Below, in pieces: positions 11,021 to 20,592 of a stretch of 64,000 nt of DNA. The DNA comes from Methanotrichaceae archaeon. GTDB lineage: Archaea > Halobacteriota > Methanosarcinia > Methanotrichales > Methanotrichaceae. The stretch is from the NCBI GenBank assembly GCA_963748825.1, contig CAVVKN010000003.1:32001-96000 (forward strand). Direction: 5' to 3'. The notes beneath the pieces were generated by a model. It was not told the origin of the DNA, searched no databases, and saw only the letters and a program-made list of their open reading frames with translations. Positions within the stretch are counted from its first letter, which is position 1. Every line of letters starts with the position of its first letter. The translations under genes and the position numbers were made by a program.

Positions 11021-11680
11021 TTATGGATCGGAAAGATACTGGAGCAGGAATGGTGTGCCCGGATAGTTGTTATCTATCGTCCCCAACGAGAAATCCTTAC
11101 CAAAATGATATTGTGATGCCGATTTAGGAATAACAATCCCATTCTGGTAATTCATAATATGAGCACCTACGGGATTGTACTGAAGCATAACGGGATCACT
11201 TGAGATCTCTCTCGAGAGAGAAATAGGCGCTGCACGGGGTATGAATCGGATTGATGGTGCGCGAGTGTTCGTTTGAGGCATAACATAAGCAGGCGCAGCC
11301 GACGGTGAAGGGCAATCATTTGGTGCATAAGTGCCTTCTACATCAATTACCACCGGGTTGCTTTCCTTGCCATTTATGACATAGGACAATACGTGTCTCC
11401 CTGGTGTATTTGCATAGAAAGGCAGACGATCGTAACCCATGAAGTAATAGCAGTAGTTATGCGTGCTTCCATCTGGATATTGATCATAAAGTGTGCCGTC
11501 GCCTTCTTTTGTAGCTAGCACCACAAGAAAAGCGGTTGATCCCTGGGCAACTTCGAGATGCTTTGTCCAGCCATCTGGTCCCTCTATCCGCAGGCTGTTT
11601 CCTGCTGTCCCTTGGACTGTAGAACAACATAGCAAAAAAACTGATATTAATATTATAGGATGCAGTAGATTTCTTTTCAT
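11021..11680 (-). CDS. Secreted hypothetical protein (domain shared with 56215-57387)
   Basis: Signal peptide; ~90-aa beta-rich domain GNSLRIEG...FYANTPGRHVL...SNPVVIDV. Confidence 0.75.
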   Translation of the reverse strand: MKRNLLHPIILISVFLLCCSTVQGTAGNSLRIEGPDGWTKHLEVAQGSTAFLVVLATKEGDGTLYDQYPDGSTHNYCYYFMGYDRLPFYANTPGRHVLSYVINGKESNPVVIDVEGTYAPNDCPSPSAAPAYVMPQTNTRAPSIRFIPRAAPISLSREISSDPVMLQYNPVGAHIMNYQNGIVIPKSASQYHFGKDFSLGTIDNNYPGTPFLLQYLSDP

Positions 11681-11956
11681 AATTTCTTCCCTCAGATCCG
11701 AATACTCTTGCTCATTAACTAACTATGAATGTACCTCATACTATTTTAAAAATTAGGTTCCTAAATTACCCCACCTATGTCAAGAATACTCTAAAATTGA
11801 GTTCGCCCCTAATTCAGGCATATTTAAGATGAATTATGAGCATGGCCATCTCTTCGACTAAAATGAGCATTTTCATTTGCCCTTTGTCGTTATATTTATA
11901 GCATCTTAGATACCGCTTTCTAATACCCGAAAAGGAATTTCAACCAGTAAAAACGA

Positions 11957-12031
11957 TGCTCCCGTCGGGATTTGAACCCGAGTCGAAGGAGTGAGAGTCC
12001 TTCATGATTGGCCGAGCTACACTACAGGAGC
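11957..12031 (-). tRNA. tRNA-Glu (anticodon CTC)
   Basis: Reverse complement GCTCCTGTAGTGTAGCTCGGCCAATCATGAAGGA-CT-CTC-AC-TCCTTCGACTCGGGTTCAAATCCCGACGGGAGCA folds as a cloverleaf. Confidence 0.96.
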
Positions 12032-12059
12032 GCGGACTTTGGGTGGTTTCTTCTATCAT

Positions 12060-12722
12060 TTAAGGCTTTTGGCCCTGCAAGTAATAGCCGCAACAATTAC
12101 GCAGGGCACACTCTTCGTGCCTGGGCAACCGCGCCCGACAAATGAGCCTACCGTGCGTTATCAGGTTCAGATGCAGGGAGAGATACTTCTCCACAGGAAC
12201 GATCCGCTCTAAAATTGGCTGCGCCTTTTCCGGCCTGACATCCTCGGCCAGCAGCCCCAGCCGGCGCGAGACGCGATAGACGTGTGTGTCCACAGGCAGG
12301 AAAGGCATAGAAAAGGCGAAGAGGAGCACCACGGATGCCGTCTTGGGGCCCACGCCGGGCAGGGATATCAGATATGCCATGGCCTCTTTCTTGCCCATAT
12401 CAGCCAGAAAGGAGAGGGAGATCGCCCCCGCATCCTGCTTGATCCTGACAAGAGCCTCTTTTATGCGGCGGGCTTTTATCTCCGCCAGACCGCCAGGGCG
12501 AATCGCGTCGGCCACCGCTTCATCCGAGGCGGCGAGGGCCTTCTCGTAGTTGCAAAAAGCGCCCTTCAAGAGGGCAAAGGCTCGCAAGCTGTTGGTATCG
12601 CTGGTGTTCTGAGAGAGGATTGTCATGACCAGCAGATCCACTGGATCGATCCCGTCCGGCTGGGGCACTCCGTATTCATTCTCCAGGATGGCAATGCATT
12701 TCGCGACTTTTGACTCGTCCAT
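12060..12722 (-). CDS. nth: Endonuclease III (HhH-GPD glycosylase/AP lyase)
   Basis: LVMTILSQNTSD, HhH LPGVGPKTA, PVDTHVYR, C-terminal Cys cluster. Confidence 0.9.
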   Translation of the reverse strand: MDESKVAKCIAILENEYGVPQPDGIDPVDLLVMTILSQNTSDTNSLRAFALLKGAFCNYEKALAASDEAVADAIRPGGLAEIKARRIKEALVRIKQDAGAISLSFLADMGKKEAMAYLISLPGVGPKTASVVLLFAFSMPFLPVDTHVYRVSRRLGLLAEDVRPEKAQPILERIVPVEKYLSLHLNLITHGRLICRARLPRHEECALRNCCGYYLQGQKP

Positions 12723-12825
12723 CCCTCATTGGGATACAGTCTCTCGCCTTAAAGCTTGGCTAGATGTTCTGATGCCTTGATAAAGAGCCAAAATTGTTAA
12801 CTAGACAGCTTGCAAAAAATGCACC

Positions 12826-14070
12826 ATGGACTTTGCCGATATCTACCCATTTCTCGTTGCGCTGCTCATAGGCGCTCTCATCGGCACGGAGCGCCAGCGC
12901 CGGCTGGTTGAAGATAAAGTCCGGGGCGTGGCGGGCCTACGCACCTTCGTCTTGATCGCCCTGCTGGGGTCACTGTGCTCCTCCCTGGCCGCCCATTACG
13001 GCCCCGGCTTTGCCATAGCATCCATGGCCACCTTCACCATCCTCGTGGCCGTGGGATATGCATCCTCGATCAGTACTCTGGGCAGAGTCGATTTCACAGC
13101 CGCGGTAGCTGCCGTCGTCACCTTTGCTCTGGGAATGCTCACGAGCTTTCCCGATAGCATGCTCTTGGCTGTGGCTCTGTCCATTATCACCACCTGGGTC
13201 CTGGCCACGCGAACCATCACCCACCACTATGTGGAAGTCCTGAGCGAGACGGATCTGCTCGATACCCTCAAGATGGGCATAATCGCCCTGATCATCTACC
13301 CACTCTTGCCCGAGACACCTCTGGGCCCATGGGGTGTGCTCAACCCCCGCCAGATCTGGCTCTTTGTGGTGCTGGTGAGCCTCATAGGTTACGCGGGCTA
13401 CATTGCGATCCGCATCCTGGGGGCGGAGAGAGGCCTCGGCCTTACCGGCATCCTGGGCGGCCTGGTTTCCAGTACTGCCGTCACCTCCTCCATGGCCGCG
13501 GAGGTAAAGGTGAACCCCGCGATACTGCCCTCTGCCGTCTTCGCCACCGCCATCGCGAGCTGCACCATGTTCCCCAGAATACTCTTCGTTGTGCTGGTAG
13601 TAAACAGGGATCTCTTCTTCGCCCTTCTGCCCCATCTCCTGCTCATGACCTTGGTGGGCTCGGCTCTAGCCTATCTGCTGGTCAGAAAGAACGCCCCGCT
13701 GGGAAAGGATGTGCAGGTGAAAGATCCCTTCCGCATCATTCCCGCGCTGAAGTTCGGCGCATTCTTCGCCTTTGTGCTGATAGTATCCAAGCTGGCCAAT
13801 GTTTACTTCGGCGATGCGGGAATTTATGCAGCCGGCATAGTCTCCGGCCTAGCTGATGTCGATGCCATTGCTCTCACCATGGCCTCTCTGGCCGGGTCGA
13901 CCGTCGCTTCCGCCGTGGCAGTCACCACCATCACCCTGGCCGCCATAACCAACACTTTGGTCAAGCTCTTCATAGCTTATATTCTGGGTACAAGGGAGTT
14001 TGGCAACAAGATGGCGGTGATCTTCCTGCCAACGGTACTGGTGGGGCTCGTTGCCCTATTCTTGCTCTGA
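12826..14070 (+). CDS. MgtC/SapB family + DUF4010 membrane protein
   Basis: GALIGTERQ, AGLRTF, GGLVSSTAVT, SGLADVDA. Confidence 0.88.
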   Translation: MDFADIYPFLVALLIGALIGTERQRRLVEDKVRGVAGLRTFVLIALLGSLCSSLAAHYGPGFAIASMATFTILVAVGYASSISTLGRVDFTAAVAAVVTFALGMLTSFPDSMLLAVALSIITTWVLATRTITHHYVEVLSETDLLDTLKMGIIALIIYPLLPETPLGPWGVLNPRQIWLFVVLVSLIGYAGYIAIRILGAERGLGLTGILGGLVSSTAVTSSMAAEVKVNPAILPSAVFATAIASCTMFPRILFVVLVVNRDLFFALLPHLLLMTLVGSALAYLLVRKNAPLGKDVQVKDPFRIIPALKFGAFFAFVLIVSKLANVYFGDAGIYAAGIVSGLADVDAIALTMASLAGSTVASAVAVTTITLAAITNTLVKLFIAYILGTREFGNKMAVIFLPTVLVGLVALFLL

Positions 14071-14277
14071 ATTTCCCAGGCGAAAATGAGTGCGCCATGA
14101 AAAACAAGGGTAAGATAGTTCGAAACCATTTTGTTATAACCAGCGTCTAACGACGTTTTCAACCACAGAGACACCACAGTTCACAGAGGACGCACAGAGT
14201 GACTAACTAACAACTAAAAACATAGTAACCTGAGGTTAGCCTCTGGAAATAACGAAGAGCGAAAACGATTGATGATA

Positions 14278-14351
14278 TGGGCCCGACGCGATTCGAACGC
14301 GTGATCCCCGCCGTGTAAGGGCGATGTCATAACCAGCTAGACCACGGGCCC
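14278..14351 (-). tRNA. tRNA-Val (anticodon TAC)
   Basis: Reverse complement GGGCCCGTGGTCTAGCTGGTTATGACATCGCC-CT-TAC-AC-GGCGGGGATCACGCGTTCGAATCGCGTCGGGCCCA. Confidence 0.96.
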
Positions 14352-14552
14352 TGCGCCTTCCAATATCTCCTCGTCATATTAGATCTTATCGCTCCTATGC
14401 CTTCGCTGTGTAGTCCCGAAAGCTTTGACTTTATATACCCACCAATGTGGCATGGGAAAGAAGAATAAAGCTGCAAAGCTGAATGATAGCACATTTGAAG
14501 TAGGATCGGAGGGGCCAACAAAAATATCTTCTTTAAGCACTTACTGGATCCT

Positions 14553-15212
14553 ATGAGATTGATGACATCTGCACAATGTAAGCCGACTGCAGAAGATTGG
14601 TTCAACAAAAGCGTTGTTCTCTATGACCAGGGTAACTATGCTGATGCCATTAAAGCTTTGGACGAGGCCATCAAACTAGCCCCCAGCGATCCCAACAATG
14701 CCATAGCATGGAACAACAAAGGTCTTGCTCAATATTGCCAGGGCGAGTACGGTGAAGCCGTCAAAGCCTATGAAGAGGCCATCAGGCTCAATCCCAAGGA
14801 AGCCGATGCCTGGATTGGCAAAGGCAGTGCTCTCGGTAAGCAGGGCAAGTACGACGAGGCCGTCAAGGCTTATGAAGAAGCCATCAGGTTAGATCCCAAA
14901 CATGCAATGGCCTGGTACAACAAGGGCAATGCTCTCGATGAGCAGGGCAAGTACGATGAGGCTATCAAAGCCTTTGATGAAGCCATCCGGCTAGATCCAA
15001 ACGATGCCGTAGTCTGGAACAACAAAGGCGTTGCTCTACATAGCCAGGGCAAGTACGATGAGGCTATCAAAGCCTATGAAGAGGCCATTAGACTGGATCA
15101 AAATGATGTCGCAGCCTGGAACAACAAAGGCGTTGCTCTTGAAGCATTAGGCAAGACAACAGAAGCTAATGCTGCTTTCGCCAGAGCCAAAAAGCTGGGG
15201 TATAGCGGATAG
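14553..15212 (+). CDS. Tetratricopeptide repeat protein
   Basis: About six 34-aa repeats AWxNKGxAL..QGKYDEAIKAYEEAIRLDP. Confidence 0.92.
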   Translation: MRLMTSAQCKPTAEDWFNKSVVLYDQGNYADAIKALDEAIKLAPSDPNNAIAWNNKGLAQYCQGEYGEAVKAYEEAIRLNPKEADAWIGKGSALGKQGKYDEAVKAYEEAIRLDPKHAMAWYNKGNALDEQGKYDEAIKAFDEAIRLDPNDAVVWNNKGVALHSQGKYDEAIKAYEEAIRLDQNDVAAWNNKGVALEALGKTTEANAAFARAKKLGYSG

Positions 15213-15393
15213 GGTTCAGTTCTATCCTCTTTTTCCGTTTGCTTCCTGGCATGAAGGCGACAAGGTGCAAAATGTCTACCTTGGTGGTGCCAGGAAACTG
15301 AAAGCGAGGTCATGGCGAGCTTAATGGTAATCTTAAAGCTATAAAAAATTTGGAAGAAAGAAAAAGACCTGCTGCCTGGCCGGATATTTCGGC

Positions 15394-16932
15394 TCAGGCC
15401 TTCTTGCGATCCCGGATGAACATGCCGGTGCTCGTCTCATCCAGCAACTTCTCGGACGGTTTTTTGGTCATCAGGCTGACTACAATCATGGCAGCCAGCG
15501 ATAGCGCAAATCCGTATATGCTGGGGTGCATGGGCATGGGTGCGATGAATTTGGCGTAATAGCTGAAGGCAAATACACCCACCAGCCCCAAAATCATAGA
15601 GGCGAGAGCGCCCTCGCGTGTCGCCCGCCGCCAGTACAGCCCGGCAAATAGGGGCGTTACAAAGCAGGCCAGCATCACGCCAATGGCCATCCAGATCAGC
15701 CAGGCCAAAAGCTCCGGCGGATTGGACCAGGCCAAATAGAGCGTAATGACCGTGGAAAGCCCAATGGCCACCCGGCTGAGCAGGGTGATCGATTTCTCAG
15801 ACGCATCCTTGTTGATGAACTGCTTGTAGACATCCCAGCCCACGTAGCTGCCAATGGTCAGCATGAGCCGGTCCGTCGTGGACATGACTGCAGATAATAC
15901 TATTATGGCCACAATGGGCGCGAAGATGGCCGGAAAGACATACTCCGCCGCCACAATGAAGCTGTAGTCGGAAGGATTGGCAACACCCGTGGGCAGCGAG
16001 ATCATATTTTCGCTGACCATAGATCGAGCCGCAAAGCCGGTGATCTTGCACAGGTACATGATCACGGCATAAATTACGAAGGCTGCCAGCGGAGCCCACT
16101 TGAAGTACTTGATGTCTCTTGCTGCCAGGACGTTGTTGACGACGTGCGGAGCTGCCGCCAGCCCGAAGGTGAGCAGGAAGAAGAACGATACCAGGTACTC
16201 GGGCGTCATGAAGGCGTACTTGGCATAAGGCGGATGCACTTGCGGATACCAGAGATGCGTCATGTTCACATCTATGCTCGCCAGGACGACGTTGATGTGC
16301 TCCAGTCCCCCCGCCGCAGCAATGACTACCGGCCCCACGAGCAACACTCCTGCCAGTATCATTATTCCCTGCACCAGGGCGGCCATGCCTACGGCGTAAA
16401 GGCCACCAAGGATTGTGTAAGCCATGACTATGACCGCTCCGATCACTAGAGACCACTCATAGGGGATCTTGAAGAGCCATGACAGGACCATGCTGATGGA
16501 GACGTATTGCCCCACCAGGTAGATGATGGAGATGAGGACACCGATTATGGCCGATGTGCCGCGAATACCTCTCGGGCTGTAGAAGCGGTGAGCGAAGTAG
16601 TCCTGCACCGTCACGTAGCCCGTTCTAGAGGCGACAGAGTGCAGCTTGGTTCCGAAGAACAGTATGCAGACCGCAGCCGAGAGCGGCACAAAGATCTGCT
16701 CCCAGATGCTGGGCCAGCCTGCGGCGTAACCGAGACCGGCGACACCCAGGATGGTCATGCCGCTGCAGATGCTGGCTACTACCAGTAGAGTAAAAGTCCA
16801 AAAGCCCAGATTCCTTCCAGCTACCAGGAAATCCGCTGAGTTCTTGATCTTCTTTGAGGCTATGGCTCCGATGGCCATCAGGCCAACGAAATACAGGATT
16901 ATAATAATAGTTCCAATAAAGTCCAAGCCCAT
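15394..16932 (-). CDS. Sodium:solute symporter (SSS/SLC5 family)
   Basis: DFLVAGR, SGMTILG..GLGY..G, YTILGGL, SAVMSTTD, GLYWRRATREGA; many hydrophobic segments. ATG overlaps the stop of the upstream micro-ORF (TGATG). Confidence 0.92.
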   Translation of the reverse strand: MGLDFIGTIIIILYFVGLMAIGAIASKKIKNSADFLVAGRNLGFWTFTLLVVASICSGMTILGVAGLGYAAGWPSIWEQIFVPLSAAVCILFFGTKLHSVASRTGYVTVQDYFAHRFYSPRGIRGTSAIIGVLISIIYLVGQYVSISMVLSWLFKIPYEWSLVIGAVIVMAYTILGGLYAVGMAALVQGIMILAGVLLVGPVVIAAAGGLEHINVVLASIDVNMTHLWYPQVHPPYAKYAFMTPEYLVSFFFLLTFGLAAAPHVVNNVLAARDIKYFKWAPLAAFVIYAVIMYLCKITGFAARSMVSENMISLPTGVANPSDYSFIVAAEYVFPAIFAPIVAIIVLSAVMSTTDRLMLTIGSYVGWDVYKQFINKDASEKSITLLSRVAIGLSTVITLYLAWSNPPELLAWLIWMAIGVMLACFVTPLFAGLYWRRATREGALASMILGLVGVFAFSYYAKFIAPMPMHPSIYGFALSLAAMIVVSLMTKKPSEKLLDETSTGMFIRDRKKA

Positions 16933-17042
16933 CACCACCGGAGAGCCCAGAGCAAGAGCAATAGTGAGATGGCTACGGGCACAATTATGACTCCAATAAA
17001 GGTATCAGTAGGTAACCCAATGATCAAATAGAATCCCTCCAT
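16932..17042 (-). CDS. Small single-TM protein, putative SSS accessory subunit (~36 aa)
   Basis: MEGFYLIIGLPTDTFIGVIIVPVAISLLLLLWALRW; stop coupled to the symporter start. Confidence 0.65.
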   Translation of the reverse strand: MEGFYLIIGLPTDTFIGVIIVPVAISLLLLLWALRW

Positions 17043-17115
17043 GATTGTTACGTGATAGCATGTTACAAATTGGCATGTTATAAAGCTTTTTGATCTCAAG
17101 TGAGAAACTTTTATA

Positions 17116-17958
17116 GTGGGCATGCCTCTCTGGAAAGGGATGAGCGAGCGACTTTCCTCCCGAGGTAGCGATCTACTAAAGCTGTGCGATAATGCGGCAA
17201 AAGCCGTGGCTGCGGCTGTAGAAGAGATGGCAGGCACTGCCGCCGGCGGGCAAAATGTGAAGATGGGCGCGGACGGCACACCCACCAAGGGCATCGACCG
17301 GGCAGCAGAGAACGCAGTTCTCGATACACTGCGTGCCTCGGGCCTGGGCTTTAGAGTGCTCAGCGAGGAGATCGGCGAGGTTTTAATCGGCGAGAAGCCC
17401 GACTATTTCCTGCACCTCGATCCCCTGGACGGCACCTTCAACGCCATAGCAGGCATCCCCTTCTACTCAGTCTCCATTTACCTGAGCAAAGGCGATTTTC
17501 ATTTTGGCTATATCTCTGATCTGGCCCGGGGCGGAAGCTTCTATGCCGAAGCAGGGCGGGGCGCATATGCCCTGCCGGGTGGCCGCCTGCAAGTATCGCC
17601 CCATGCCGACCTCTCCCATTTCAGCATCTCCGCTTACACCCTGCGGCCCCATACGGGCAGGATTGCGGCCATCGGCGACACTGTGCGCCGCATTCGCACC
17701 TTAGGGAGCACCTCCCTGGAGATGGCCCTTGTCGCCTCAGGAAAGCTGGACGCCTTCGTGGATCTGCGGGGCATGATGCGGGTAGTGGATGTGGCGGCTG
17801 GAAAGATCATCCTGGAGGAGGCGGGCGGAATTGTGACCGATGCGCTGGGAAACGCGCTTCATCTTGACGGCAATATGTGGCAGAGGAAGGATCTGATCGG
17901 CTCAAACGGCCTAAAGCATGCGGACCTGCTGAGGCTCATCGGAGGCGGCCCCCATTAA
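17116..17958 (+). CDS. Bifunctional fructose-1,6-bisphosphatase/inositol monophosphatase
   Basis: MGADGTPT..ID..AE, LSEE, LDPLDGTFN, RTLGS, DVAAG. Confidence 0.9.
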   Translation: MGMPLWKGMSERLSSRGSDLLKLCDNAAKAVAAAVEEMAGTAAGGQNVKMGADGTPTKGIDRAAENAVLDTLRASGLGFRVLSEEIGEVLIGEKPDYFLHLDPLDGTFNAIAGIPFYSVSIYLSKGDFHFGYISDLARGGSFYAEAGRGAYALPGGRLQVSPHADLSHFSISAYTLRPHTGRIAAIGDTVRRIRTLGSTSLEMALVASGKLDAFVDLRGMMRVVDVAAGKIILEEAGGIVTDALGNALHLDGNMWQRKDLIGSNGLKHADLLRLIGGGPH

Positions 17959-18778
17959 GATCGGCTTTGTCTCCCGGCAGCAGCCCGAATCCATTCGGCT
18001 GGCGCAGATGCTCATCTATCAGATCGAGTGCGAGGATAAGGGCGTCACGATATTCGTGGATGAGGACCTTGCTCTGCAAATCGGCCGGCAGGGCACAACA
18101 GTCGCGGAGATGGAGCGGCAGAAGGTGGACTTCATAGTCTCCGTAGGGGGAGACGGAACCATTCTGCGCACCATTCACAAGATGGCAGATCCGGTGCCAA
18201 TCCTGGGCATAAACATGGGCACGCTGGGCTTTCTGGTGGACGTGGAGCCCAAGGACGCCGTAGAGACGCTAAGAAGGCTTTTGTCGGGCTTTGATGTAGA
18301 TGTGCGCTCCCGGCTCAAGCTGCTCCTTAATGGGGTATGCCTGCCTCGCGCCACCAATGAGATCGCCTTTCTCACCGCCAGTCCCGCCAAGATGATCGAG
18401 TTTGAGATCATTGTGGACGGCGCTCTTATGGAGGACTTCCGGGCGGACGGGGTGATCATCGCCACCTCCACCGGCTCCACTGCCTATGCCATGTCCGCGG
18501 GTGGGCCCATCGTCGATCCGCGGGTGGACGCCATTGTGCTCGTTCCCATGGCGCCCTTCAAGCTCTCCAGCCGGCCCTGGGTGATTCCGGGTGACAGCGT
18601 CATAGAGGTTCGCCTCAAGCTGCCGGACAAGGAGGCGCTGGTGGTGGTGGACGGCCAGAGCGCGACCACCATCTCCTCCAAGGACACGGTGGTCATAAGC
18701 AAGGCCAAGACCCCTGCCAGGTTTGTGAAGGTGGGAAGAGTTGGATTTTACGCTAAGGTGAAGAGCAAGCTGACATGA
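17954..18778 (+). CDS. nadK: NAD kinase (start uncertain: ATT at 17954, ATG at 18008, or fusion to the upstream gene)
   Basis: GGDGT, GINMGTLGFL, NE, DGVIIATSTGSTAYAMSAGGP. A typical first strand (IKIGFVSR) lies upstream of the called ATG. Confidence 0.9.
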   Translation: MKIGFVSRQQPESIRLAQMLIYQIECEDKGVTIFVDEDLALQIGRQGTTVAEMERQKVDFIVSVGGDGTILRTIHKMADPVPILGINMGTLGFLVDVEPKDAVETLRRLLSGFDVDVRSRLKLLLNGVCLPRATNEIAFLTASPAKMIEFEIIVDGALMEDFRADGVIIATSTGSTAYAMSAGGPIVDPRVDAIVLVPMAPFKLSSRPWVIPGDSVIEVRLKLPDKEALVVVDGQSATTISSKDTVVISKAKTPARFVKVGRVGFYAKVKSKLT

Positions 18779-18865
18779 GGCGGGGTCGCGAGACGACTGA
18801 TCTGGGTCCTTCAGTTACTCAAGGAAACAGCCAAATAGCCCAACGAACATATACTGAGAACGGAC

Positions 18866-19318
18866 ATGAAACTGGAAATCAAGATTATCGGTCCTAAAGT
18901 GCATGACGTAGGCTACAGATACTTCCTGCTCGGCATAGCCATGTCCAACAGAATCAGAATGTTCGAAGCACATAATACAAAAAGCAGCGAAGGCGAAGAA
19001 GTCGTAGTTTTTGCAGATGGTGACGAAGCGGCAATCAAAGCATTCTGTAACCAGGTAGAGACCGAACGCCCCGTTCGCTCGAAAGTGTCAAATATCGTCT
19101 TTGATGACTTCGAGGGAGAAGTCATGAAAATTGGAGAGTATGCTCAGTTCTGCGCCACAGTCCAATTAAATAAGGCTATCCCCGTACTTCTTGACCTGAG
19201 AGACAGCATGTATGAAGTAAGGAAGAATACCGCCGTCACGCCTCAAATCCTGGAAGAAATCAAAGGCTTGAGAGAGGACATTCAACCAGGATATGGGATG
19301 ACTCTTAGACAATTGTGA
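18866..19318 (+). CDS. Acylphosphatase-like protein with C-terminal helical extension
   Basis: IIGPKVHDVGYR resembles the VQGVGFR phosphate loop; conserved Asn in EAHN. Confidence 0.75.
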   Translation: MKLEIKIIGPKVHDVGYRYFLLGIAMSNRIRMFEAHNTKSSEGEEVVVFADGDEAAIKAFCNQVETERPVRSKVSNIVFDDFEGEVMKIGEYAQFCATVQLNKAIPVLLDLRDSMYEVRKNTAVTPQILEEIKGLREDIQPGYGMTLRQL

Positions 19319-19352
19319 GTGGATAATGTGCCTTTGTGAACAGCTGATTGTT

Positions 19353-19415
19353 CTTCGCGGCTTCGCGTGAAATTCAACAGGGTCCGGTTCCACGCGAAGG
19401 CGTGAAGCCGCGAAG
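19353..19415. repeat. Inverted repeat built from CGCGAAG units
   Basis: cttcgcggcttcgcgtg ... cacgcgaaggcgtgaagccgcgaag, between convergent genes. Confidence 0.7.
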
Positions 19416-19527
19416 TTAAAACATTGGTTTATTTCGGCCTCGCTGTATTCCAGCCAGAACACTGCAGGCCATAGTCTATTTTCTTTAGAGCCTATATCTT
19501 GAAGAATCACCAAGGATCGCCATTAAC

Positions 19528-20592
19528 TCATGCCACCTCTCTTCTCAGCATGAGCGTCGCCAATGCAAAGAAGATCAGGAAGAATACTCCCAGCGCCAGC
19601 AGGTCGGGATAGAGGATATCAGCGACTCCCGCTCCCTTGAGCATCACCGCTCGCAGGGCATGGGCGGCATAGGTGAGGGGAAGGACGTAGGAGAAAGGCC
19701 GGATGAACTCGGGCACGGATTGCAGGGGCCACCAGATTCCGCAGAGGACAATCTGAGGAGTGATGATGAGGGGTATGAACTGCACCACCTGAAACTCGCT
19801 CCGGGCGAAGTTGGAGAAGAAGGATCCCAGGACTAAAGCACCAGCGCCCAGCAGCAAAACGATCGCCAGCGCGGTGAGTGGGCTTCCTTGCAGGGGCACT
19901 CCGAAGCCGAAGGTAACCACGAAGAGGGTGGTGGCCGATTGCAGGATCGTGAAGAGGGAGAAGCCCAGTACGTAGCCCGATACCATCTCCAGCCGGCTGA
20001 GGGGCGAGACCATGAACTTCTCCAGCGTCCCCTGCGATCTCTCCCGGATGAAGGCGATGGCTGCGTTGATGAATGTGAAGAAGAAGACAACCAGGCCTAA
20101 GATGGCCGGGCCCACCGTGTCCATCATCTTAAGGTCGTAGCCGAAGATGTAGCGGGTGATGATGGGGCTTTCCTGTGCTTTTTGCAGTACGGCCTTTTCC
20201 TTTGAGGCTCCCGCTTGCACTGCCGCCTGAATAGCACCCGAGATCTGCAGGCTGCTGGCGTCCAGCAGCACCCGTACCCCTTCCGGCTGCAGGAGCACGG
20301 CTCCGTCCAGCCGCCCTTCGGTTATTAGCTTCTCTGCATCCGACTCAGATCCCAGGTAAAGTATATTGAAATCTTTTATCGATTCGATGTATGCTCGCAG
20401 GGCTGCGTGGCCGCCGTCGTCCACCAGCCCCAGGGCGACGCCGCTCATATCTCCGGAGAGGGCATAGCCGAAGAGGATCATGAGGACGATGGGCGCGAAG
20501 ACGATCAGGCCGATGGTGCGCCGGTCTCTCTTGAGCTGGCGAATGACGCGAAGAGCCACCACACCCGTTCTGCCCAGGCCTGGGCGGCTCAT
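19528..20592 (-). CDS. ABC-2 type transporter permease
   Basis: RDRRT, RERSQGTLE, PLTYA..ALR.VML. Confidence 0.9.
   Translation of the reverse strand: MSRPGLGRTGVVALRVIRQLKRDRRTIGLIVFAPIVLMILFGYALSGDMSGVALGLVDDGGHAALRAYIESIKDFNILYLGSESDAEKLITEGRLDGAVLLQPEGVRVLLDASSLQISGAIQAAVQAGASKEKAVLQKAQESPIITRYIFGYDLKMMDTVGPAILGLVVFFFTFINAAIAFIRERSQGTLEKFMVSPLSRLEMVSGYVLGFSLFTILQSATTLFVVTFGFGVPLQGSPLTALAIVLLLGAGALVLGSFFSNFARSEFQVVQFIPLIITPQIVLCGIWWPLQSVPEFIRPFSYVLPLTYAAHALRAVMLKGAGVADILYPDLLALGVFFLIFFALATLMLRREVA

Noticed and set aside
11957-14351. tRNA-Glu or tRNA-Val as integration sites of an island or provirus
   Set aside because: No integrase and no duplicated tRNA 3' end seen in the window.
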